Below, piece after piece: positions 36,245 through 44,782 of a stretch of DNA of 44,952 nucleotides. Each line of letters starts with the position of its first letter. Position 1 is the first letter of the stretch. A model generated the notes under the pieces. The model saw only the letters and a list, made by a program, of their open reading frames with translations, did no database searches and was not told where the DNA came from. The translations under genes and the position numbers were made by a program. The DNA comes from Candidatus Pacearchaeota archaeon (GTDB lineage: Bacteria > Patescibacteriota > Minisyncoccia > Minisyncoccales > GCA-002788555): positions 1 to 44,952 of the forward strand of contig DAOPTN010000001.1 of NCBI GenBank assembly GCA_035349995.1. Direction: 5' to 3'.

Positions 36245-37146
36245 TAAAAAATTTCACTTAAATATCTTTCTCCTCTGTCTGGCAAGACCGTAACTATATT
36301 CTTAAATCCATACTTTTCCTTTATTCTTCGTGCTGCTAAAACATTAGCGCCTGAACTTATTCCAACTAAAATTCCAAATTTTTCTGCCAGTTCTTTTGAA
36401 GTATCAATTGCTTCATTGCTGCCAATCATAAGAACCTCATCAATAATAGCTATATTTTCCTGAACTAATTTTGGAATAAAACCCTCGCCTATTCCCTGAA
36501 TTTTATGGAGCCCTGGTTTTTTGCCAGATAAAATTGCGGATTCTGCTGGTTCTACAGCAATAATTTTTATTTTAGGATTGATTTTTTTTAAGGCCTGGGC
36601 TGTGCCTATTAAAGTACCGCCTGTGCCAACACCAGCAACAAAAGAATCTATTTTTCCTTTTGTTTGTTTTATAATTTCTTTCCCCAAACCTTCTCTATGA
36701 GCAGCTATATTATCTGGATTCTCAAATTGTCTGGGTAGCCAAGCATCTGGATTTGCTTTTATTAGTTTTTGATATTGTTCTACTGCCCCAGCCATATCTT
36801 TTTTAGCCGGTGTTAAAAAAATTTCTGCTCCAAATGCTTTTATCATTTTTCTTCTTTCTACACTCATTGATTCTGGCATTATTGCTGTAAATTTATATCC
36901 CCTTACAGCAGAAATCATTGCAAAAGAAATACCCGTGTTCCCGCTGGTGACCTCAATAATTTTATTCCCCGGTTTTAATTCTTTTCTTTCCTCCGCTTTT
37001 TTTATCATATACCAAGCCATTCTATCTTTTACACTTCCGCTGGGATTAACTGTTTCTAATTTAGCAAAAATATCTCCTATTTTAATTAAAGGAGTATTGC
37101 CAATTAACTCTAAAACTGAATATAAATTATTTTGTTTTTTTGTCAT
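36244..37146 (-). CDS. cysK: Cysteine synthase-family PLP enzyme (CysK/CysM-like)
   Basis: PSGSVKDR (PLP lysine), TSGNTGI Asn-loop, and GVGTGGT. 300 aa. Confidence 0.8.
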   Translation of the reverse strand: MTKKQNNLYSVLELIGNTPLIKIGDIFAKLETVNPSGSVKDRMAWYMIKKAEERKELKPGNKIIEVTSGNTGISFAMISAVRGYKFTAIMPESMSVERRKMIKAFGAEIFLTPAKKDMAGAVEQYQKLIKANPDAWLPRQFENPDNIAAHREGLGKEIIKQTKGKIDSFVAGVGTGGTLIGTAQALKKINPKIKIIAVEPAESAILSGKKPGLHKIQGIGEGFIPKLVQENIAIIDEVLMIGSNEAIDTSKELAEKFGILVGISSGANVLAARRIKEKYGFKNIVTVLPDRGERYLSEIF

Positions 37147-37150
37147 ATGA

Positions 37151-38128
37151 TTAAATTATTTTAATTTGTTTTCCTAGTTTTTTCTTCTTGGCTAAATTAT
37201 AAACTATATTGGCAGTATATAAATCTTGTACTGCCAATCCAGTTGAATCAAAAATGGTAATTTCTTTATTATTTTTCCGACCGATCTTTTTGCCACAAAT
37301 AATCTCGCTTAAATAAGCATAAACATCTTTCTTTTTTAATATCCCTTTTTTCAAAGGAACATTAATCTCTCCTGAATGACTTGCTTGCGCCCAATCATCA
37401 ACTATAATTTTTGCTTTTTTTAAAATCTGGGGATCTAATTCTTCTTTACCAACTGCATCAGCGCCAATCGCATTAATATGAGTTCCAGGTAAAATCCATT
37501 CTTTTTTAATAATTGGTTTTTTAGCCGGAGTGATAGTTACCAGAATATCTTTTTGGGCAGTTTCCTTTAAACTTGCTTTTTTAATTTTAATTTTCTCATT
37601 GGCCAAAATTTTTTCTAAATTTTTAATCGCTTCTTCGTTAATATCGTAAACTAAAATTTCACTTAATTTTCTCACTTGAGCAATAGCAAGAATTTGAGTA
37701 ATCGCTTGCGAACCAGCACCTATCACCCCCAAACTTTTTGCTTCTTTTCTAGCTAAATATTTGGTAGCGACGGCTGAAGCCGCACCGGTTCGCAAAGCAG
37801 TAATATAAGTACCATCCATTAAAGTTAAAGGCAAACCGGTTCTGGCATCGTTCAAAACAATCACTGCCATTATTGATTTCAATCTCTTTTTATAATTATC
37901 TGGATGAACATTTACAATCTTTGTTCCTGCCAATTTCAGTGTTTCTGAAAAAGAAGGCATTATTCTTAAATCACCATTAAACTCCTTAAAATATAAATAG
38001 AGTTTAGCGGGCATCTGAACTTTATTTTGACCGTAATCAGAAAATGCTTTTTGGACAGCATTGATAACTATATCAATCTTTTTCAAGGGAAGAATTTTTT
38101 TGATTTCTTTTTGGGTCAAAATAAGCAT
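37151..38128 (-). CDS. Ornithine cyclodeaminase / mu-crystallin family NAD(P) enzyme
   Basis: 325 aa, Rossmann motif GVIGAGSQA, and family-typical TALRTGAASAVATKYLA. Confidence 0.8.
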   Translation of the reverse strand: MLILTQKEIKKILPLKKIDIVINAVQKAFSDYGQNKVQMPAKLYLYFKEFNGDLRIMPSFSETLKLAGTKIVNVHPDNYKKRLKSIMAVIVLNDARTGLPLTLMDGTYITALRTGAASAVATKYLARKEAKSLGVIGAGSQAITQILAIAQVRKLSEILVYDINEEAIKNLEKILANEKIKIKKASLKETAQKDILVTITPAKKPIIKKEWILPGTHINAIGADAVGKEELDPQILKKAKIIVDDWAQASHSGEINVPLKKGILKKKDVYAYLSEIICGKKIGRKNNKEITIFDSTGLAVQDLYTANIVYNLAKKKKLGKQIKII

Positions 38129-38173
38129 AAATTTATTCTGTTTAAATAAAATCAGATTTTATGTTTGGTAGAA

Positions 38174-38300
38174 TCAAGTTTTTAACGCAACAATATGTAA
38201 CGAGATTGTTTCGTCGTCCCGGACTCCTCGCAAGGACAGACTTATTTATTATTATCGCGATGACAATCCCGTTGTGGTGTTGCATTAAATCTTTGAACCT
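38174..38300. mobile_element. MITE-like element, copy 2 (inverted relative to copy 1), between sufS and the OCD-family gene
   Basis: Ends CAAGTTTTTAACGCAACAATATGTAACGAGATTG and CAATCCCGTTGTGGTGTTGCATTAAATCTTTGAACC form imperfect ~35-bp inverted repeats. The interior is GC-rich (CGTCCCGGACTCCTCGCAAGGAC, TCGCGATGAC). Confidence 0.65.
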
Positions 38301-38347
38301 ATGTTTGTTTATCAAAACTCATCAAGCTGCTTAGTTCGGTGATGTTT

Positions 38348-39574
38348 TTATTCAAACATTTTTTGAACTTGTTTTAATGTTTCGCAAAAATAATCTATTT
38401 CTTCAAAAGTATTATAAAAAGCCAAAGATGCCCTTGCTGATCCCTCAACCTTGTAATGATCCCAAATAGGTTGAGTGCAATGATGCCCTGTTCTAACAGC
38501 AATACCCATTTTGTCTAAAATCATTCCTGTGTCATAAGCAGGAATATTATTTAATAAAAAAGAAAAAACACAAGTTTTATCTTTTGCCATACCATATATT
38601 TTTAAACCATCTATCTCTTTTAATTTGTTTGTTCCATACTTCAATAATTGTTCTTCGTATTTATAAAGATTATCCAATCCTATACTGTTTAAATAATCAA
38701 GTGCAGTTCCCAGTCCGACAGCGCCAATATAATCAGGAGTACCTGCTTCAAATTTAGCGGGCAGTTGGGCATAAGTAGTTTTTTCAAATGTTACCCGATC
38801 AATCATATCCCCACCACCTTGATATGGCGGCATTTCTTTTAACCAATGTTCTTTCCCATATAAAATTCCTATTCCTGTTGGCCCATATATTTTATGTCCT
38901 GAAAAACAATAGAAATCACAATCCATATCTTGAACATCAATTTTTCTATGCTGTATCGCTTGAGTTCCATCTATTAAAACCGGAACATTATTTTTGTGAG
39001 CAATAGAAATAATTTCTTTAACCGGATTAACAGTGCCAAGAGAATTTGAAGCGTGCACAACAGCCACTAATTTTGTTTTTGAATTAATTAATTTTTTATA
39101 TTCATCTAATAATAGCTCCCCGTCATCATTAAAAGGAATCACCTTCAGGTAAGCTCCTTTTCGTTGACACAACATCTGCCAAGGAACAATATTACTGTGA
39201 TGTTCCATTTCAGAAACAATAATTTCATCACCCTCTTTCACATATGCTTCTCCAAAAGAAAATGCCACTGCGTTAATAGAATCAGTGGTCCCCTTGGTAA
39301 AAATAATTTCGTGAGCATATTTAGCATTTAAAAAATTTCGCACTTTCTCTCTTGCTGCTTCATATCTTTCTGTCATTTTTTCACTTAAATAATGAACTCC
39401 ACGATGAACATTGCTATTATATTCGGAATATGATTTATTTATAATATCTATTACTACTTTAGGTTTTTGAGTGGTTGCCGCATTGTCAAAATAAACAAGG
39501 GGCTTATCATAAACCTTTTGATTAAGAGCTGGGAAATCATCTCTTATTTTTTTTACATCAAAAGAAAAATTCAT
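38348..39574 (-). CDS. sufS: Cysteine desulfurase SufS (class V aminotransferase, group II)
   Basis: SGHKIYGPTGIGILYG (PLP Lys) and RTGHHCTQP (catalytic Cys loop). 408 aa. Confidence 0.92.
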   Translation of the reverse strand: MNFSFDVKKIRDDFPALNQKVYDKPLVYFDNAATTQKPKVVIDIINKSYSEYNSNVHRGVHYLSEKMTERYEAAREKVRNFLNAKYAHEIIFTKGTTDSINAVAFSFGEAYVKEGDEIIVSEMEHHSNIVPWQMLCQRKGAYLKVIPFNDDGELLLDEYKKLINSKTKLVAVVHASNSLGTVNPVKEIISIAHKNNVPVLIDGTQAIQHRKIDVQDMDCDFYCFSGHKIYGPTGIGILYGKEHWLKEMPPYQGGGDMIDRVTFEKTTYAQLPAKFEAGTPDYIGAVGLGTALDYLNSIGLDNLYKYEEQLLKYGTNKLKEIDGLKIYGMAKDKTCVFSFLLNNIPAYDTGMILDKMGIAVRTGHHCTQPIWDHYKVEGSARASLAFYNTFEEIDYFCETLKQVQKMFE

Positions 39575-39680
39575 ATTATTAAACAGAAAGACAGATCTTT
39601 TAAAAACAGAGAAAATCTATTTTTAAAAGTTGCCTTTTTTAGCTGGATTGATTTTTATAATAACTTTTTAAAACCAACAC

Positions 39681-39706
39681 AAAAGGGCTCAGAATGAGCC
39701 CTTTTA
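39681..39706. terminator. Terminator-like hairpin (GGGCTCA-GAA-TGAGCCC) flanked by A and T runs
   Basis: AAAAGGGCTCAGAATGAGCCCTTTT. A second hairpin, AGTTTGC-N6-GCAAACT + TTTTT, lies at 39722..39748. Confidence 0.6.
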
Positions 39707-39977
39707 AAAATCTCTTAATTGAGTTTGCCCTTGTGCAAACTTTTTGCTTTGAAAATTAATATATCCAAAATTGACAAACATAATAAATAAAAATTTTACT
39801 TTAATAATAAAATATTAACATATCTTTAATAAAAAGTCAAAAAATCAGAATCTTTAGAAAGGACTCAAAGTGTAAGATTGCACTTAAGAAATAAGGATAG
39901 ACACAAAATACAAACAAATACCAAATCACAAATTCCAAATTCCAAACAAATCCTAAATTCTAAATTCTAAACAATAT

Positions 39978-40145
39978 TAAACAGAAATCAGTTGTCAGAA
40001 ATCAGAAATCAGTAGAGAAAACAGAAATCAGAAATTATTATTACATAAATTTCCAAGCTCCAATAACCAATGACCAATCAAATTCTAATGTTCAAAATTC
40101 TAAACAAAAGTGTACAACACCATTGAACATTAGGATTTAGAGCTT
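39978..40145 (+). repeat. 168-bp repeat unit, copy A
   Basis: It aligns to 44615..44782 without indels and with a handful of substitutions. It contains CAGAAATCAG tandem motifs and an 11-bp stem, CTAATGTTCAA...TTGAACATTAG. Confidence 0.9.
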
Positions 40146-40321
40146 AAAGAACTTCGTTCTTTTCGCCCTTCGCTCGGCTTCGCCGAGCTTGGAAATTGAA
40201 AATTGGAATTTATTCACTGTCTTTGCAACGAGCGAAGCGAAGTGTCGAAAAGAAGGCAAACTTCTTTGAGAACACGAGCGCAGCGAAGTAATTTCTCCAC
40301 TATTGTCATTGCGAGGAACGT

Positions 40322-40401
40322 TCAAAGAAGATTTTATCTTCTTTTCAACGCTTCGCCCCGTGCGAAATCAAAGATTTCTTACGGGGCTCGCGTGAGCGAC
40401 G
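40322..40401 (+). repeat. 80-nt GC-rich module, copy A (inverted copy at 44411..44490)
   Basis: TCAAAGAAGATTTTATCTTCTTTTCAACGCTTCGCCCCGTGCGAAATCAAAGATTTCTTACGGGGCTCGCGTGAGCGACG matches the reverse complement of 44411..44490 with one mismatch seen. This explains the identical peptide strings in two spurious ORFs. Confidence 0.9.
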
Positions 40402-40521
40402 AAGCAATCCCGAGGAACGTTTGTAGACGTGCCACGAGATCGCCACGCCCGCCTGCGGCGGGCTCGCGATGACAGAGGGGGGGGAAATTTGGAATTTGTG
40501 ATTTGGAATTTGTTCTTAATT

Positions 40522-42366
40522 CTAAATTATTGTTGCCTTGATACGTCGCACACCAGCGCCCGAACTTTCTTCTTTTTTGATTTTAAATTTACCCAAGACA
40601 CCGGTTCTTTCAATATGTGGCCCAGCACAAATTTCTTTTGAAAACACTTCATTAGTTTTTGGATTAAAAATCTTATATACACTTACCTTCTCTGGATATT
40701 GCTCTCTAAAAAAAGCTAAAGCACCAGAGGATAAAGCATCTTCTAGTTTCATTTCTTCTCTTTCTACTTTCAAATTTTCTTTAATCTTTTGATTTACCAA
40801 ATTCTCAATCCTTTGAATTTCTTCTTTAGTTAATTTTCTGGGAAAAGAGAAATCAAACCTTAGTCGTTCTTCATTAATATCAGAACCCATTTGTTTAACT
40901 TCAGGACCCAATACTTGACGCAAAGCTGATTGCAAAAGATGGGTAGCAGTGTGAAGTTGAACAACTTTCGAATTTTGAGATTTGAATTTTTGATTTTGAA
41001 TGATTCCATGACCACCGAATTTTTTTTCAGCGCCAAAACGAGATATTTTCTGATGTTCCTTTAAAGATTTTTTAAATCCTAATTTATCAACAATAATTCC
41101 TTTTTCTTTTGCCATTTCTTCAGTAAGTTCCAAAGGAAATCCATAACTCTCATACAAATTAAATGCCTCTCTGCCAGAAATAAGGTTTTTTCCTTGCCTT
41201 TTTTCCCTTTCAATTAATTTTTCAAATTCTTTTAAACCACGTGACAGTGCCTTTGAAAATTTTTCTTCTTCATTCTGCCACACTGTTAAAATTTTCTCCT
41301 CATTGCTTTTTAACTCAGGATAAACAACACTATATTTTGTAATAATTTTTTCTGCTGGGTTTTTATACCACAAATCTTTTAAATTCAAAATTCGAGAATA
41401 ACGAACTGTTCTTCTAATAAGACGCCTTAATATATATCCTCTATCTACATTGCCTGGAATTATTCCCTCGCTAATTAAAAAACAAGCTCCTCGCAGATGA
41501 TCAGCAATAATACGACAGGCCTTAGGGTTCAACTTATAAGCGTTGGGAAATAACTTTTCAATTTCTTGAATAACCGGTAAAAGCAAATCAGTTTCATAGG
41601 CCGAGGATTTTTTCTCTAATACCGATAATAATCGCTCAAAGCCAATACCAGTATCTACATTTGTCTGAGGAAGTTTTTGATAATCTCCTTTCTCATCTTT
41701 CCAATATTCCATAAAAACCAAATTCCACAATTCCACAAAACGCTTGCATCTTTTACAATTCGGCCCACAATCAGGTCTGCCACAGCCAAATTCCTCTCCC
41801 CTGTCATAGTGAATCTCAGAGCAAGGCCCACAAGGACCAGTTTCACTCACTGGTCCCCAAAAATTATCCTTGCCAAATTCAAATATCCGTTCTTTTGGAA
41901 TGCCATTTTTTTGCCAAATTTTTAAAGATTCCTCATCCCTTTTTATATTATTTTCTCCTTTAAAAATAGTAATATAAAATTTATCTTTATCTAAACGAAG
42001 CGTGTCCGCAAAAAATTCTAAAGCATAGCCAATAGCTCCTTCTTTAAAATAACCATCTTCATCTTGGCCAATCGACCAATTGCCCAGCATTTCAAAAAAT
42101 GTATGATGGGTATCATCACCTACTTCCTCAATATCATTTGTTCGAAAACATTTCTGGCAGGAGGTTAAATGGCGGGTACTAAAATCTTGAATCGGATCTT
42201 TTTTTCCGCTCAAATATAAAGAAAACTGCTGCATTCCAGCAGTGGTAAAAAGAACTGATTTATCTTCGGGAATAAGTGAACTTGAAGGTACAATTAAATG
42301 TCCTCTTTTTTTAAAAAAATTTAAAAATTTTTCCCGCAATTCATTTGATTGCATAAAAGAATACAA
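40522..42366 (-). CDS. alaS: Alanine--tRNA ligase, short form lacking the C-Ala domain
   Basis: N-terminus ELREKFLNFFKKRGHLIVPSSSLIP, FTTAGMQQF, and editing-domain motifs HTATHLL and CAGPH. It is 614 aa against ~870 in E. coli. Confidence 0.92.
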   Translation of the reverse strand: MYSFMQSNELREKFLNFFKKRGHLIVPSSSLIPEDKSVLFTTAGMQQFSLYLSGKKDPIQDFSTRHLTSCQKCFRTNDIEEVGDDTHHTFFEMLGNWSIGQDEDGYFKEGAIGYALEFFADTLRLDKDKFYITIFKGENNIKRDEESLKIWQKNGIPKERIFEFGKDNFWGPVSETGPCGPCSEIHYDRGEEFGCGRPDCGPNCKRCKRFVELWNLVFMEYWKDEKGDYQKLPQTNVDTGIGFERLLSVLEKKSSAYETDLLLPVIQEIEKLFPNAYKLNPKACRIIADHLRGACFLISEGIIPGNVDRGYILRRLIRRTVRYSRILNLKDLWYKNPAEKIITKYSVVYPELKSNEEKILTVWQNEEEKFSKALSRGLKEFEKLIEREKRQGKNLISGREAFNLYESYGFPLELTEEMAKEKGIIVDKLGFKKSLKEHQKISRFGAEKKFGGHGIIQNQKFKSQNSKVVQLHTATHLLQSALRQVLGPEVKQMGSDINEERLRFDFSFPRKLTKEEIQRIENLVNQKIKENLKVEREEMKLEDALSSGALAFFREQYPEKVSVYKIFNPKTNEVFSKEICAGPHIERTGVLGKFKIKKEESSGAGVRRIKATII

Positions 42367-42429
42367 AAAATAATTATCATTAGAAATACTGCTACTTTAA
42401 AAAGCAGCTTCAAAAATAAGTAAACATTT

Positions 42430-42858
42430 TTAAATCCCTGTACCAGTACCAGGCCCCATAGGTCCCATTGGTCCGCTTGAACCGTGAGAAGAATCATTGT
42501 CATTGCCTCCGCGAGGAGGTATGCCATATCTCCGGATAGACGAACCACCTTGGGAATATTGACTTCGTTGTTTTGCTTTTGCCTCAGTTGATCTTTTTTC
42601 CCATAATGAAATCTCCCTTTCTTTTTGACTTAATCTTGACGAAGCATTAATTCTATCACTGCGAAGTTTATCTATCTGACGCTCCAGATCGTCTATTTGA
42701 CGAGCATAAGCAGCCGCTGATTGAGGTGATCGTTGTTGAGCTATCTGATACTGACGAATCTTTTGCGTTAAAATATCCTCTTGATAATTAATCCTTGAGA
42801 TGTCCCTTTCAATAGATTGGGATTCTCTTTTTAATCTTTCTATTTGATCTTCGTACAT
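42430..42858 (-). CDS. Coiled-coil protein with a Gly/Pro-rich C-terminal tail
   Basis: 142 aa with heptad-rich Q/R/E sequence and the tail GSSGPMGPMGPGTGTGI, which resembles the N-terminus of the DUF5320-like protein at 541..774. Confidence 0.5.
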   Translation of the reverse strand: MYEDQIERLKRESQSIERDISRINYQEDILTQKIRQYQIAQQRSPQSAAAYARQIDDLERQIDKLRSDRINASSRLSQKEREISLWEKRSTEAKAKQRSQYSQGGSSIRRYGIPPRGGNDNDSSHGSSGPMGPMGPGTGTGI

Positions 42859-43019
42859 AATTTTTATAAATAAATTAATACGACCTTTCCCAGAATAAAA
42901 ATTTGATAAATTTCACTGGGTTCTATTAAGATTTTAACAAAAGTTGCTTTATAATTCAAATTATTTTATCATAAAAACATAAAAGCAATTAATATAAAAA
43001 ATATTAAAAATACTAATCT

Positions 43020-44090
43020 ATGTTTATTCTTTCTATTGATACATCTTGCGATGATACTTGTATAAGCATAATAAAAAGCAAAAATACTAATTTTGAAATT
43101 CTTTCTAATGTAGTTTCTTCACAGGTGAAAGTTCATGCAAAGTATGGTGGAATAGTGCCGTATCTTGCAAAAAGAGAACATCAAAAAAACCTGGCAATGG
43201 TGTTTAAAAAAACATTGGCAAAATCAAAAATTCAAAATCCAAAGATAATCGATTTTATTGCAGTAACAATTGGCCCAGGCCTTGAACCCTGTCTTTGGCA
43301 AGGAATTAATTTTGCCAAAAATTTGGCAAATGACCTTAAAAAACCCATTGTGCCAGTTAATCATTTGGAAGGACACATTCTCGCTAATTTTCTAAAACCA
43401 ATTAACAAAAGCCTTAAATCCAAAACTCTTAAAATCTTTCCAGCGGTGGGATTGGTGGTTAGTGGTGGACACACTGAACTTTTTTTGATGAAAAATATAG
43501 GTAAATATAAACTTTTAGGAGAAACACGCGACGATGCGGCTGGTGAATGTTTGGATAAAATAGCAAGAATTTTAAATCTTGAATATCCAGGAGGACCGGC
43601 CATTGCTCAGCTTGCTGATCAATGGAAACTCAAAACTCTAAACCCTAAACCTTCCATTAAGTTGCCCCGGCCGATGATTTATCAAAAAAATTATGATTTT
43701 AGTTTTAGTGGATTAAAAACTGCTGTGCTTTATTTAACAAAAAAAATTGGTCCTACAAAATTAAAAGACCCAAAAATAAAAGCCAACATTTGCTTTGAAG
43801 TTCAACAAGCAATTATTGATGTTTTAATTTCAAAAACAATAAGAGCAGCAAAAGAATATAAAGTAAAATCAATACTAATTGGAGGGGGTGTTTCGGCAAA
43901 TAAAGAATTGCGGAAACAATTTAAATTAAAATTAACAATTAATAACTTACAGCTAAACTTTTTGGCTCCGCCCAAAAAGTTCTGTACTGACAATGCAGCA
44001 ATGATTGGAATAGCAGGATATTTTGGTTTCTTAAGGAATAAGCAAAAACCACCAGAAAAAATAAAAGCAAAAGCAAACTTGATGCTTTAG
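43020..44090 (+). CDS. tsaD: tRNA N6-adenosine threonylcarbamoyltransferase TsaD (Kae1/Gcp family)
   Basis: ILSIDTSCDDTC, VNHLEGHI, and SGGHTELF. 356 aa. Confidence 0.92.
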   Translation: MFILSIDTSCDDTCISIIKSKNTNFEILSNVVSSQVKVHAKYGGIVPYLAKREHQKNLAMVFKKTLAKSKIQNPKIIDFIAVTIGPGLEPCLWQGINFAKNLANDLKKPIVPVNHLEGHILANFLKPINKSLKSKTLKIFPAVGLVVSGGHTELFLMKNIGKYKLLGETRDDAAGECLDKIARILNLEYPGGPAIAQLADQWKLKTLNPKPSIKLPRPMIYQKNYDFSFSGLKTAVLYLTKKIGPTKLKDPKIKANICFEVQQAIIDVLISKTIRAAKEYKVKSILIGGGVSANKELRKQFKLKLTINNLQLNFLAPPKKFCTDNAAMIGIAGYFGFLRNKQKPPEKIKAKANLML

Positions 44091-44410
44091 CATTTATATT
44101 TTTCAAGTTTTTAACGCAACAATGCCACGGGATCGCCACCCCTCACCTTCACAAAGGTGAGGGGTCGCGATGGCAATAATAATACGTCTTTGACACGAGC
44201 CGCAGCGAAGTGTCGAAAAGAAGGCAAACCCCCTTTCTTTGTCATTGACGCGAGCCCGCTGAAAGCGGGCGAAGCGTTGAAAAGAATACGCAGTATTCTT
44301 TGAGACGAGCGAAGCCCGAAGCAATCTCGGGCGAAGCCCGCAACCATACAACGGGATTGCCACGTCCTACTGCGGTAGGACTCGCAATGACAGTGGAGAG
44401 GGAATCGCCA

Positions 44411-44490
44411 CGTCGCTCACGCGAGCTCCGTAAGAAATCTTTGATTTCGCACGGGGCGAAGCGTTGAAAAGAAGATAAAATCTTCTTTGA
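44411..44490 (-). repeat. 80-nt GC-rich module, copy B (inverted relative to 40322..40401)
   Basis: Its reverse complement matches 40322..40401. Confidence 0.9.
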
Positions 44491-44614
44491 TCGCTCTTCG
44501 CGATGACACTAATAATATGTTTTGACACGAGCGTAGCGTAAAAATTCCAAGCACCAAATTCCAAATTCCAAATTCCAAATCCCAAACAAATACCAAATAC
44601 TAAATTCAAAACAC

Positions 44615-44782
44615 TAAACAGAAATCAGTTGTCAGAAATCAGAAAACAGTAGAGAAAACAGTAAACAGAAATTATTATTACATAAATTTCCAAGCTCCAA
44701 TAACCAATGACCAATCAAATTCTAATGTTCAAAATTCTAAACAAAAGTGTACAACACCATTGAACATTAGGATTTAGAGCTT
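44615..44782 (+). repeat. 168-bp repeat unit, copy B
   Basis: Direct repeat of 39978..40145. Confidence 0.9.

Larger units (their letters stand above)
39915..40515. repeat. Composite repeat locus A: low-complexity inverted arms enclosing a 168-bp unit and GC-rich hairpin modules
   Basis: CCAAATCACAAATTCCAAA (about 39921..39939) is the exact reverse complement of TTTGGAATTTGTGATTTGG (about 40487..40505). The interior shares several segments with 44100..44952. Confidence 0.8.

Noticed and set aside
39771-39800. TTGACA at 39771 as a promoter driving a plus-strand RNA across repeat locus A.
   Set aside because: No acceptable -10 hexamer lies 16-18 nt downstream (TTTTAC/TTTACT), so it is too weak to call.
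39978-40040. CRISPR-like appearance of the CAGAAATCAG tandem motifs and of the repeated GC-rich hairpin units.
   Set aside because: The repeats are short (about 7-10 nt), irregularly spaced and degenerate, with no unique spacers of constant length and no cas genes. The GC-rich units vary in flank and stem and occur in both orientations.
40137-40641. ORFs 40137..40325, 40203..40472 and 40429..40641 in repeat locus A, and 44103..44363, 44111..44347 and 44367..44609 in locus B.
   Set aside because: They lie entirely in GC-rich hairpin repeats and have Arg/Ser/Ala-rich low-complexity translations. The identical peptide QRRFYLLFNASPRAKSKISYGARVSD in two of them comes from inverted copies of one 80-nt DNA module, not from a conserved gene.
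42321-42548. 75-aa minus-strand ORF bridging the alaS start and the coiled-coil gene.
   Set aside because: It overlaps two better-supported genes in other frames.
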